This document shows positions 48,119 to 57,336 of a DNA stretch of 64,000 nucleotides, one piece after another. The stretch covers positions 145,518 through 209,517 of the forward strand of contig CAZPLB010000001.1 in assembly GCA_964587425.1 (NCBI GenBank). The letters are read 5' to 3'. Position 1 is the stretch's first letter. Each line of letters begins with the position of its first letter. A program made the translations under genes and the position numbers. The notes beneath the pieces are model-generated. The model saw only the letters and a list, made by a program, of their open reading frames with translations, ran no database searches and was not told the origin of the DNA. The DNA comes from an uncultured Gammaproteobacteria bacterium (GTDB lineage Bacteria > Patescibacteriota > Microgenomatia > UBA8517).

Positions 48119-48670
48119 TTACTTGGTGAATTTAAAAGTAGAAAGAAGTCCTAAAATATTTTCAGAAGGTGTAGTAGTTGATACAATGAAATCAACTTGT
48201 GTTTCTGTGTTTTGATTTTTGAAACGGTACAATAGCTTGCTTGATGAATCAGAGTTTTGGTTTTTATATATTTCAACTTGATATTCGTTTATTGTTGCAT
48301 TGGTCAAATCCCAATTACTGTAATTTATGACAGGTGCAAAATAATTACGTGAGTCTACTTCAATATTTTCCGAGCTGTTTGTGTTTGAAAAATTTATGGA
48401 TAGACGTGTTGCCTTAGATGTTGCTGTGACGAGTCCTTCGCCTGCGCCAAAAGTGTAAATAGTGGCGGTATTTGGGTATTTAAATGAATAGTTATAAATT
48501 GAATTAACATACGTTTTCCATTTAGTGGTGTCTGTAGTAATTTTTAGAGGTGTTGGATTTGGGGTTGGGGAATAAATATAAGTATTTTTTCTACCAATAA
48601 GGAATATTCCAATTGCAGCAAGGACTACAAGAAGAATTATTACTGGTGTGAAACCATTTTTTTTAGGCAT
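48119..48670 (-). CDS. Pilin-like (G|FTP) exported protein, paralog
   Basis: MPKKNGFTPVIILLVV, PT linker, WKTY..YSFKYP, ends LLSTFKFTK. Confidence 0.7.
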   Translation of the reverse strand: MPKKNGFTPVIILLVVLAAIGIFLIGRKNTYIYSPTPNPTPLKITTDTTKWKTYVNSIYNYSFKYPNTATIYTFGAGEGLVTATSKATRLSINFSNTNSSENIEVDSRNYFAPVINYSNWDLTNATINEYQVEIYKNQNSDSSSKLLYRFKNQNTETQVDFIVSTTTPSENILGLLSTFKFTK

Positions 48671-48708
48671 TAACTAAATCATACACCTAAAAATGCTACA
48701 ATGAAAAT

Positions 48709-49755
48709 ATGGATACTGCCACAAATGATTTGGGACTTTTAACTAAAAGGGTACAGGGAGTGCAGCTTCCAAAAGAACTTTCTGACCGTGTTTTAGCTCG
48801 AATTGCACAGCTTGAAAAACTTGTTGCTTCTCCTTCATTTTTACCTGAATTTGATTCTATAAGCCGGTACATTGATTGGATAGTCAGTCTTCCTTGGGAA
48901 TTGAAAACCAAGGATATTTTAGATCTTGATCATTCTCGAAAAGTTTTAGATAACCACCACTTTGGACTAACTGAAATTAAAGACCGAGTACTTGAATACA
49001 TATCTGTTATGAAATTAAAAGAGTCGAAAGGGGAAACAAAGGATATATACCGCGCACCTATTCTTTGTTTCGTTGGTTTGGTTGGAACTGGGAAAACAAC
49101 AATTGCATATTCTATTGCTGAGGCCTTGGGACGAAAAATGGCTCGTATTCCATTTGGAGGGATGGGGGATCCACTCGATCTTCGCGGACAATCAAGAGTC
49201 CATCCCGAAGCAGAGCCTGGAAAAATTATAAAGGCACTTCGAACTTGCGGGAGCCGCAATCCTGTCATTCTTCTTGATGAAATTGACCGTGTAACGGACG
49301 CTGGACGCGCCTCCATCATGGGAGTTTTGGTTGAGCTACTTGATCCTGGGCAGAACTTTGCCTACACCGATCACTATATTGATTTTCCATTCAATCTTTC
49401 TGAAACTTTGTTTATAGCAACAGCCAACAACACAACTAACATTGCAACTGCAGTTTTGGATAGACTTGAGCCAATTATGATGCCTTCATATACTGATTTG
49501 GAGAAGATAACCATTGGACGGAATTATGTTTTACCCAAAGCATTACAAAATTCTGGGCTTCCAGAAGGGGCAATTAGCTTCGATGACAATGTTTGGGCAC
49601 AGATAGTTCGACCACTTGGGTTTGATGCAGGAATACGTACTTTGGAGCGCACAATCGATGGAGTTGTTCGTAAGGTAGCAAAGGAACTGGTGGAGGGGAA
49701 AGTAAAGTCAGTTAAAGTGGACAATAATAATATCAAGATCTATTTGCCTCAGTGA
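48709..49755 (+). CDS. Lon-type AAA+ module without N-domain or protease domain
   Basis: YIDWIVSLPW, HFGLTEIKDRVLEY, GLVGTGKT, NPVILLDEID, YTDHY, GIRTLER. Confidence 0.88.
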   Translation: MDTATNDLGLLTKRVQGVQLPKELSDRVLARIAQLEKLVASPSFLPEFDSISRYIDWIVSLPWELKTKDILDLDHSRKVLDNHHFGLTEIKDRVLEYISVMKLKESKGETKDIYRAPILCFVGLVGTGKTTIAYSIAEALGRKMARIPFGGMGDPLDLRGQSRVHPEAEPGKIIKALRTCGSRNPVILLDEIDRVTDAGRASIMGVLVELLDPGQNFAYTDHYIDFPFNLSETLFIATANNTTNIATAVLDRLEPIMMPSYTDLEKITIGRNYVLPKALQNSGLPEGAISFDDNVWAQIVRPLGFDAGIRTLERTIDGVVRKVAKELVEGKVKSVKVDNNNIKIYLPQ

Positions 49756-49769
49756 TTTAGTGCTGGTTC

Positions 49770-50144
49770 TTATAGTAGAAGCTTCCCGTCTTCTCCCAGT
49801 GTACGGTAGAATATTATGCGGAGTGATTCATTGAACAAGAATTCGTTTGGAAGTTGTCCACCATGTTCCTTTGATATCTGATATTTTATAAGTTCAGATG
49901 TTACTGAGCGGTTTACTAAGAGTGAATTTAATATTCTGGCTTTGTAATACTCTGATATTTGTGTGTACGGAAGAAAATCATCCCTGAGTTTTCTGCCCAA
50001 CCTGTTTTCGTAGTCTGCCAGTTTGTCTCTCAATTCTTTGACTTGTTCGGCGTTTTCAGGTAAGAAAATTGCGGTTGGATATCCCGATTTATCAAATCCC
50101 TTGGGTTTGGTTTCATCAAAAGGACCTCTTTCTGTGTTTATCAT
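49770..50144 (-). CDS. Hypothetical protein (orphan)
   Basis: 124-aa ORF with TAGAAT upstream. Confidence 0.55.
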   Translation of the reverse strand: MINTERGPFDETKPKGFDKSGYPTAIFLPENAEQVKELRDKLADYENRLGRKLRDDFLPYTQISEYYKARILNSLLVNRSVTSELIKYQISKEHGGQLPNEFLFNESLRIIFYRTLGEDGKLLL

Positions 50145-50190
50145 TAGGTTCTCATTCTACTCTATTTACTATAGGAGTCAAGTGTTGTGT

Positions 50191-50469
50191 TTATGGCTTC
50201 AGGAGAACTCCGGTGGTGAGAATTTCATCTGCAATGTTCAGCCTTTCTTTTTTGGATAATTTGTTTTTAGATGTGAGACGCTTGAAAGTTAAAATCTTAT
50301 TTTTAAATATCCCTAGGTTTGTATCGTTTATTTCTTGGATAATTTTTAATGCATGTGACAGGAAAATTGCATGATTTTCTCCTTTTGGGTCGAGATAGAA
50401 GGATGTTGCAGCTCTATCAAGATCTGAAAAACAATTATTTAAGGCTGTTATTTTATTTGTATGCAACAT
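50191..50469 (-). CDS. Small helical hypothetical protein
   Basis: 92 aa, overlapping the end of the upstream DUF5674-like gene. Confidence 0.55.
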   Translation of the reverse strand: MLHTNKITALNNCFSDLDRAATSFYLDPKGENHAIFLSHALKIIQEINDTNLGIFKNKILTFKRLTSKNKLSKKERLNIADEILTTGVLLKP

Positions 50470-50806
50470 ATTTTTTCAGAACTTTTTTGGCAATTTTGAA
50501 AAATTTACTTCTAATTTTCGTGTCCAGAATTTCGTTACTGTAGTTTACAGTAGGTCTTAGATTAATCATAGCTTTTGCCTCAAAAACTTTCAGCTTCAAA
50601 TTTACACCACCACCCCAGATATTCTTTTGATTAGACCCAATTTTCAAAAGTTTTTCTTCGGCATCTGCATGGTATTCTCCGCCTAAAGCTGCGATCTCTT
50701 GATCCAAATCAATTGTGATTTTGATGTAAGAGTTGTATTCCTCTTTTGCTTTTTCAAAATCTTCTTTTGAAAGGATTTGGTTTGGTTCTACTATTATTAT
50801 TGCCAC
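50453..50806 (-). CDS. DUF5674-like protein
   Basis: YIKITIDL...GGEYHADAE..LL..GS.QKNIWG, MINLRP; GTG 50806 has TATAAT 6 nt upstream. Confidence 0.7.
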   Translation of the reverse strand: MAIIIVEPNQILSKEDFEKAKEEYNSYIKITIDLDQEIAALGGEYHADAEEKLLKIGSNQKNIWGGGVNLKLKVFEAKAMINLRPTVNYSNEILDTKIRSKFFKIAKKVLKKYVAYK

Positions 50807-50828
50807 AGGCACATTATACTTGATTAAT

Positions 50829-51431
50829 ATGGGTAAAAGAGAAGAATTAATTGCATTGATGAAAAAAATGGAGAAGGATGATAGCCTTCCTTTGAGGAAA
50901 GGTGCTACGAAGTTGGTTTTTGGGGCAGGGGACATTAATACTAAAATTTTGTTTATTGGAGAGGGGCCAGGTTATAACGAAGATCAGCAAGGCTTACCGT
51001 TTATTGGAAATGCGGGAAAACTTTTGGATAAACTTTTGGAATCTATAAAATTGGATCGCAAAACTGTTTTTATTACAAATGTTGTTCACCATAGACCACC
51101 TGAAAACCGTGACCCCGAGCCTCACGAAATTGCTGCATATGGAGAGTACTTGGACAAAATTATTGAAATAATTGATCCAAAAGTTATTGTTACACTTGGG
51201 AGATTTAGTATGGGGAAGTTTTTACCTAATGTTAAAATTAGCTCTGTTCATGGAAAGGAATTTGGGGTAAAATGGAGGGGTAAAGAAATAGTTGTTGTTC
51301 CAATGTATCACCCAGCAGCTGCACTACGGCAAGGAAAAGTAATGAACGATTTAAAAGAAGACTTCTTGAAACTACCTCAAATATTAAAAGAAGCAAACAA
51401 AATAGAAATTGAACAGATAGGACTTATTTAA
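50829..51431 (+). CDS. Family 4 uracil-DNA glycosylase
   Basis: FIGEGPGYNEDQQGLPFIG, RPPENRDP, MYHPAAAL. Confidence 0.92.
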   Translation: MGKREELIALMKKMEKDDSLPLRKGATKLVFGAGDINTKILFIGEGPGYNEDQQGLPFIGNAGKLLDKLLESIKLDRKTVFITNVVHHRPPENRDPEPHEIAAYGEYLDKIIEIIDPKVIVTLGRFSMGKFLPNVKISSVHGKEFGVKWRGKEIVVVPMYHPAAALRQGKVMNDLKEDFLKLPQILKEANKIEIEQIGLI

Positions 51432-51446
51432 TTTAAAATAATATTC

Positions 51447-53087
51447 ATGGCAAATTTAAAATTTATTGCAATATCAGGTACTACTTCAGTTACTGAGAAT
51501 CTCTACATATATGAGTATGGAGATGAGATGATTATTCTTGATTGCGGTGTTGGGTTTCCAGATCTCGAAATGCCTGGAGTTGAACTAGTCATCCCAGACT
51601 TTTCATATATTTTGAAAAACAAACATAAATTAAAGGGAGTTTTACTATCTCAGGGTCATGATGACCATGTTGGTGCGCTTCCCTTTCTTCTGAGTGAAGT
51701 TAATGTACCAATTTATTGTCCTCCAATTGTTACTGAGTTTTTGAAAGTAAAATTTAAGGATTACAAAATCAAGGATTATCAACTTAATACTTTTGATTCT
51801 GATGGCGATGGATTTAGTATTGGATCATTTAAAATATACCCATTTAAGGTTGCACACTCTGTTCCTGATACTGTTGGTTTTGCAATAGATACTCCTGAAG
51901 GGAGAACCTTCCATGTAGCAGAACACAAAATGGATCAGCATTCAGTAGATGGCATGAATTTTGATATTGAAAAGGCAACGAAACTTGCAGAGGGTAAAAA
52001 TATTCTTTGCTTGATGTCTGACTGCTTAGGGTCAAACCATCCTGGCCACACTCCTTCTGGGACTGAGATTGAAGAGAATATGTATAGTATTGCAAAAGAG
52101 GCCAAGCAGGCACTTTTTATGACTGCAATTTCATCTGGGATTGGACGCTTCCAACAGATGATTAATGTTGCAAAGAAGATAAACAGGAAAGTTGTTTTTG
52201 TGGGCAGGTCGATTCAGAGTAAAACTGAAATTGCATATAATCTTGGCTATCTTGAATATACGAAAGATCAAATCGTTGATATTAAAGATGCAGGAAAACT
52301 AAGTTCAAAAGAAATAATGTACATTGCTGCTGGCTGCTATGGTCAGGATGGGAGTTCAGTTCATAGGTTAGCTCTTGGAGAACATGACCGCGTAGAAGTA
52401 GTTCCTGGAGATATGTTCATTTTCTCAGCTGACCCAGGGCCTGCATATTCAAAAGAAAGCATTAACTTCGTTGTTGATAAATTTATAGATATAGGGTTGG
52501 ATGTTCATTACTATGACCTTAATGAAGGGCTTCATGTTTCAGGACATGGAGGGCAGGGGGATATTATAGATTTATTCAAAATTGTGAAGCCAAAATATTT
52601 TATTCCACTTGGAGGTGAGGTGCGGTATATGAGTTCGTATGAAAAACTTGTACATGAGAATATGGGACAGGATAAAACTGTTTTCAAACTTCATCCTGGA
52701 GAGAGCGTTATCTTTGAAGATGGGAAAGCTCATAGGGGTGATACTGTAAAAACAAAGGAAGTTTTGGTGCATGGACTTGGGGTTGGGGATATTGGGAAAG
52801 TAGTATTAGGGGACAGGGAACTACTTGGTACTGAAGGATTTGTAGCTGTAGTTTTGAAAGTAAACAATAATGGGAGGCTGGTTGGAAACCCAGATATATT
52901 AACCCGTGGGTTTGTGTATGAAGGGGTGAGTGCTCAACTACTTGGGAATGCGAGAGGAGTTTTGGCTGCAGAAATGCATAGAAGGGGGAAACCAAATAAA
53001 GAAGAGATCACTTCATTTCTGGAAAAATATTTCTACAAAACAACAGGCCGCAGACCTATGATATTACCTGTTGTGGTTGAGGTTTAA
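51447..53087 (+). CDS. rnj: Ribonuclease J
   Basis: DCGVGFP, VIPDFSY, HSVPD, HVSGHG, TGRRPMILPVVVEV. Confidence 0.92.
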   Translation: MANLKFIAISGTTSVTENLYIYEYGDEMIILDCGVGFPDLEMPGVELVIPDFSYILKNKHKLKGVLLSQGHDDHVGALPFLLSEVNVPIYCPPIVTEFLKVKFKDYKIKDYQLNTFDSDGDGFSIGSFKIYPFKVAHSVPDTVGFAIDTPEGRTFHVAEHKMDQHSVDGMNFDIEKATKLAEGKNILCLMSDCLGSNHPGHTPSGTEIEENMYSIAKEAKQALFMTAISSGIGRFQQMINVAKKINRKVVFVGRSIQSKTEIAYNLGYLEYTKDQIVDIKDAGKLSSKEIMYIAAGCYGQDGSSVHRLALGEHDRVEVVPGDMFIFSADPGPAYSKESINFVVDKFIDIGLDVHYYDLNEGLHVSGHGGQGDIIDLFKIVKPKYFIPLGGEVRYMSSYEKLVHENMGQDKTVFKLHPGESVIFEDGKAHRGDTVKTKEVLVHGLGVGDIGKVVLGDRELLGTEGFVAVVLKVNNNGRLVGNPDILTRGFVYEGVSAQLLGNARGVLAAEMHRRGKPNKEEITSFLEKYFYKTTGRRPMILPVVVEV

Positions 53088-53106
53088 AACGGTATATATT
53101 TAATTA

Positions 53107-53245
53107 GTGAAGAAAAGTGAGCTTCGTCAACTTGGAATCGTTGTGGTAGTTCTTTAGCAATGGACTTCTGGTTTTTGCAGTAAAGCGTTCTCAGGATATA
53201 CGAAGCAACGCAGGTATTCATTTTGGTGGTGCTACTAGCTTCTAG
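53107..53245 (+). pseudogene. Frameshifted small TM peptide (MKKSELRQLGIVVVVL / GLLVFAVKRSQDIRSNAGIHFGGATSF)
   Basis: GTG 53107 with TATATT 6 nt upstream; stop at 53155-57; the hydrophobic stretch continues in the +1 frame to TAG 53243-45. Confidence 0.5.
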
Positions 53246-53336
53246 TTAATAATTTCTTGATTTGTCTTCTTGTTAAACTGATATAGTCTGCCATAAATGG
53301 TAAGCAAAGCTTGAAACTTTTAGTTATAATGTTTGT

Positions 53337-55433
53337 ATGGCCAAAAAGATAAGAAGGATGAAACCTAAGAAGGCATATCGCGTTAAACTTAAAAAATCCA
53401 CTGTCTATTCTATTTCTCAAATTGTTTTTTTTGCTTTAGCTCTTTTAGTTATTGCTTCTTTTTCAAGACAGGGAGGGATTCTTGCCTTTTTAAATGATTC
53501 AATTATTTCCTACTTTGGTTGGACTGCACTTTTCTTGCCTTTTATCTTTCTGTCTTTTGGATTTGTTCTTTCTAAATTCAAAATTCCACTTTCACAGCCG
53601 AATGTGATTGTTGGGATTCTTTTGTTTTTTGTTTCTATTGGGAGTCTAACGCGCGCTGGGCTATTGGGGGCTACTTCATGGGAAGGGATTGTTGGACTGG
53701 TGACTCCAATTGGGGCCTATGTGATTTTAAGCGGGACTACTTTGGTTGGACTTGTAGTTATGTTTAATACATCTTTGTATCAGGTTGCCAGTTTACTTGC
53801 CTCATTTTTGCGACAAGTAAGATTTTATATTATGGGCGAGAAAAAACTTGGAAAAATTAATATTGCAAATGGCAAGCGAGAGTTGAAAGTTATTGGCGGA
53901 GGGATGAATCCACAGCAACAGAAAAATAAACTTCCAGCTCTGGCTCAGAAGGAGGGACCACTGGCTCCAAAACTTGTTAGCAATTTGCCTGGGGAGAAAA
54001 GGGTTTGGAGATATCCACCTTCTTCTCTTTTAACACAAACTCAATCGGGACATGCAGACCGCGGAGACATCAAAGGAAACGCTGCGATTATTGAGCAGAC
54101 ACTTGACTCTTTTGGAGTAACTGCTCGGGTTATTGAAGTCTCCCAGGGACCTGCGGTTACTCAATATGCTCTTGAAGTTGCACTTGGAACAAAATTATCT
54201 AAAATTACAACATTGGAGCGGGATATGGCCCGCGCTCTTGCATCACCAACTGGAACCATTCGTATCGAAGCTCCAATTCCAGGACGCAGTTTGGTTGGAA
54301 TTGAACTTCCAAACCGCAGCCCTGAGTTTGTTCCTCTGAAGAAGATGATTGAGTCCGATGTGATGAAGGACAACAAATCCAAACTTGCTGTTGCATTAGG
54401 GTTTGATGTTACTGGAAAAGCTGTAATTGGAGATATTGGTAAGATGCCGCATGTTTTGATTGCAGGACAGACTGGAAGCGGTAAAAGCGTTTGTATTAAT
54501 ACATTTTTAACTTCACTTCTATTTAGAGCAAGCCCCTCTGAGGTTAAATTTATTTTGGTTGATCCCAAGAGAGTTGAGCTGACTCATTACAACGGTATTC
54601 CACATTTATTGTCTCCTGTAATTGTAGAACCTGAAAAGGTTTTGTCTGCTCTCAGATGGACAATGGCTGAAATGGACAGGAGATACAAACTTTTTGCTGA
54701 GGCAGGGGCTCGAAATATTGATGGATATAATGAGATGAGCGGGTTTCAGGCACTTCCCTATATAGTTTTATTCATTGACGAGCTTGCTGATATTATGCTT
54801 TTTTCACCGGTTGAAGTGGAGGATGCTATTACAAGGATTGCTCAGATGTCTCGTGCTACTGGAATTCATATGGTACTTGCGACACAGCGTCCATCGGTTG
54901 ATGTCATTACAGGACTAATTAAGGCAAACGTTCCTTCAAGAATTGCCTTTGCTGTTTCATCATTGATTGATTCCCGTGTAATTTTGGATACATCTGGAGC
55001 TGAGAAATTATTGGGTAAGGGAGACATGCTTTATCTTCCTCCAGAGAGCGCCAAACCATCTCGAATTCAGGGGGCATATATATCTGACAAGGAAGTAAAT
55101 GCACTTGTTTCATTTCTTAAAAATCAGGGAGTAACTCCACAGTACACAGAGGAAGTCACAACAATGGTTAAGTCAGGGGGAAATGGGGCTGCAATGGGTG
55201 GGGGAGGCGGGGAGACTGATGACCTATTCCGTCAGTCGGTTGAAATTATTACACAATCTGACAAGGCATCAGCATCTCTTTTGCAGAGAAAATTGTCGAT
55301 TGGATATGCCAGGGCTGCAAGAATTTTGGATCAACTTGAACAGGCAGGTGTTGTTGACAAGGCTGATGGAGCTAAACCCAGAAAAGTATTAATTAATGAT
55401 GCTTCTGCCCTTTTTCCAAATAATGAAGGGTAA
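53337..55433 (+). CDS. ftsK: DNA translocase FtsK
   Basis: 4 TMs, RIEAPIPG, PHVLIAGQTGSGKS, ATQRPSVDVITG, gamma domain LQRKLSIGYARAAR. Confidence 0.97.
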   Translation: MAKKIRRMKPKKAYRVKLKKSTVYSISQIVFFALALLVIASFSRQGGILAFLNDSIISYFGWTALFLPFIFLSFGFVLSKFKIPLSQPNVIVGILLFFVSIGSLTRAGLLGATSWEGIVGLVTPIGAYVILSGTTLVGLVVMFNTSLYQVASLLASFLRQVRFYIMGEKKLGKINIANGKRELKVIGGGMNPQQQKNKLPALAQKEGPLAPKLVSNLPGEKRVWRYPPSSLLTQTQSGHADRGDIKGNAAIIEQTLDSFGVTARVIEVSQGPAVTQYALEVALGTKLSKITTLERDMARALASPTGTIRIEAPIPGRSLVGIELPNRSPEFVPLKKMIESDVMKDNKSKLAVALGFDVTGKAVIGDIGKMPHVLIAGQTGSGKSVCINTFLTSLLFRASPSEVKFILVDPKRVELTHYNGIPHLLSPVIVEPEKVLSALRWTMAEMDRRYKLFAEAGARNIDGYNEMSGFQALPYIVLFIDELADIMLFSPVEVEDAITRIAQMSRATGIHMVLATQRPSVDVITGLIKANVPSRIAFAVSSLIDSRVILDTSGAEKLLGKGDMLYLPPESAKPSRIQGAYISDKEVNALVSFLKNQGVTPQYTEEVTTMVKSGGNGAAMGGGGGETDDLFRQSVEIITQSDKASASLLQRKLSIGYARAARILDQLEQAGVVDKADGAKPRKVLINDASALFPNNEG

Positions 55434-55465
55434 TATCACTTCGTGATTTATGTATTAACTAATTT

Positions 55466-56086
55466 ATGAAAAATATAGGTTCAATTTTCAAAGATGCTCG
55501 GGGGAAGAAACGGTATTCCAGGGAGAAAGTTTCTGACATCACTAAAATTAGGGTTAGCTTTATTGAAGCTATTGAAAGAGGCGATTGGGCAACCTTGCCT
55601 AGCCAGTCTACTGTTATTGGGTTTGTCCGTAGTATTGCAAAGGCCTTGGATATTAATGAGGCGACAGCGGTTGCGACTTTCAAAAGAGATTATATTCCAG
55701 TAAAAATACAGGTTAATCCAAAACAGCCGCACAAAAGAAATGTTGCATGGAGCCCTAAACTGACTCTTTTTGCAGGAGTTGGTGTTTTTTTTGTTCTCAT
55801 CCTCATCTATCTTGGGTTTCAGTACAAAAGATTTACATCTGCCCCAACTCTCCAAGTTGATGTACCAAAAGAAAATCAGTTGGTTACAACCAATCCTTTA
55901 ACTGTTAGCGGGGTGACAGATAGTGATGCAACTGTTAAAGTGAATAACCAACCAGCACTGGTGGGGGATGATGGGGTTTTCTCAACAAAAATTGATGTTA
56001 CGAAAGAGGTGAGGGAAGTGAAAGTAGAGGCGGTGTCACGATCTGGGAAGGTAAGTATTATTAGTCGCACAATACGGGTAGAATAG
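55466..56086 (+). CDS. RodZ-like HTH-TM-Ig protein
   Basis: HTH (FIEAIERGDW..LP...GFVRS), TM, beta-rich C-terminus; directly after ftsK. Confidence 0.8.
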   Translation: MKNIGSIFKDARGKKRYSREKVSDITKIRVSFIEAIERGDWATLPSQSTVIGFVRSIAKALDINEATAVATFKRDYIPVKIQVNPKQPHKRNVAWSPKLTLFAGVGVFFVLILIYLGFQYKRFTSAPTLQVDVPKENQLVTTNPLTVSGVTDSDATVKVNNQPALVGDDGVFSTKIDVTKEVREVKVEAVSRSGKVSIISRTIRVE

Positions 56087-56108
56087 AGGAGAAGAGAATT
56101 AAAAAAAC

Positions 56109-56327
56109 ATGACAGGAATTGAATCAATATTAGTTGTAGTTGTAATTTGTTTAGGACTTTTACTATTTATAGTTGGATTTCAGGTTTTGATGATAATTTT
56201 AGATTTAAGGAAATCTATAAAAAGACTTAATTCAATACTTGAAGATGCAATATTGGGTGGAGGGCTAATTCAAACTGAAAAACTTGCAAATCTTCTTTCT
56301 ATGTTTAGAAAGAAAAAGGGAGTTTAA
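56109..56327 (+). CDS. Small TM + coiled-coil protein
   Basis: Long hydrophobic helix then DLRKSIKRLNSILED; ends FRKKKGV. Confidence 0.7.
   Translation: MTGIESILVVVVICLGLLLFIVGFQVLMIILDLRKSIKRLNSILEDAILGGGLIQTEKLANLLSMFRKKKGV
56296..56323 (+). repeat. 28-bp direct repeat, copy 1
   Basis: TTTCTATGTTTAGAAAGAAAAAGGGAGT, the 3' end of the 72-aa gene. Confidence 0.9.
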
Positions 56328-57259
56328 AGTTGGGGTGTTTGTAGTATAGAATTAATCGACACATTTTCCCATCCGCTTGGTGTTGACTTATAGAAAGCGT
56401 TTGGGTCTTGGTTAAATATCTTGTGGATACTGCTTTCTGGTCTTTGCAATAGGGCTCTTGCTTCTTCGCTGTTTTGTAGATAATACTCTATGGCATTAAT
56501 ATGATTTGCCCCATAAATTAGACTTATTGAGAGATTTGTATTTTCTTGAGCCGAGTCTAAGATTTCTATTAGACGTAGACTAACAGTGGCATTACGAAAG
56601 TTTATTATATCTGCAACTTCTTTTCTTATTCCTGAGAATTCTTCCTCGCTTTTATCCATTGCTTTTTTACCTCTTAACAAATAATCAAAGAGCATGAACA
56701 ATGGTGAAGTTTGATAATTTAGAAGCAAATCAGTTCCTGTTACTGTTGCTGAAATGGAAGCCATGGTCAACATACCTCTTCTTGAAATTTTTCTCTCTTG
56801 GTTTAGGATTGACCCGGTAAGAAATCCTAAATTTATACCAAGTGGAACTCCAAATAGTAAGTTGAGATACAGTGTTGGCGGAACATTTCGAGATGGGTCT
56901 AGTGTTCCAATATACTTTCGATTGTTTTTTGCAATTTCTGCCAAAGTATCAAAAAATGGCTCTCCTCGTCCTTCTAGTAATGTTCCATTCGTACCTTTGG
57001 TAAAAGGAATACCTTCGAGTAAAACTAGATTACTGTTTTTGATAGTTTGTTCTATGATGGGTGTGTATTTGTCTAATGTTTCACTGTTGTGATAGATCCC
57101 CATCAATTTTACGGTTTGGTTACCATACTTGATAACTTTTTCTGTGGGCACAATGCTTTGTGGAGGAGGTCCTTCTGATATCATCCTTGTACCGGCGACT
57201 GCTGCCACTGCTGCCCCAGCCATGATTGGTAATCTTTGTAAGAATTTTCTACGTTCCAT
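56324..57259 (-). CDS. TraB/GumN/Tiki-like metalloprotease-fold protein with twin-arginine-like motifs
   Basis: LMGIYH, LVLLEG, RN, IYGANH; MERRKFL N-terminus; TATAAT 5 nt upstream. Confidence 0.6.
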   Translation of the reverse strand: MERRKFLQRLPIMAGAAVAAVAGTRMISEGPPPQSIVPTEKVIKYGNQTVKLMGIYHNSETLDKYTPIIEQTIKNSNLVLLEGIPFTKGTNGTLLEGRGEPFFDTLAEIAKNNRKYIGTLDPSRNVPPTLYLNLLFGVPLGINLGFLTGSILNQERKISRRGMLTMASISATVTGTDLLLNYQTSPLFMLFDYLLRGKKAMDKSEEEFSGIRKEVADIINFRNATVSLRLIEILDSAQENTNLSISLIYGANHINAIEYYLQNSEEARALLQRPESSIHKIFNQDPNAFYKSTPSGWENVSINSILQTPQL

Positions 57260-57304
57260 GAGGTATTATACTATAAGTTATTTTTTTGTGTTATCTATTA
57301 ACTT

Positions 57305-57332
57305 TTTCTATGTTTAGAAAGAAAAAGGGAGT
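57305..57332 (+). repeat. 28-bp direct repeat, copy 2
   Basis: Identical to 56296-56323. Confidence 0.9.
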
Positions 57333-57336
57333 CTAG

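Noticed and set aside
50733-50935. Extended starts in the ORF track for UDG, DUF5674-like, alaS, nusA and the 44384 ORF
   Set aside because: The extensions overlap neighbouring genes or regulatory elements; downstream starts match family N-termini and -10 spacing.
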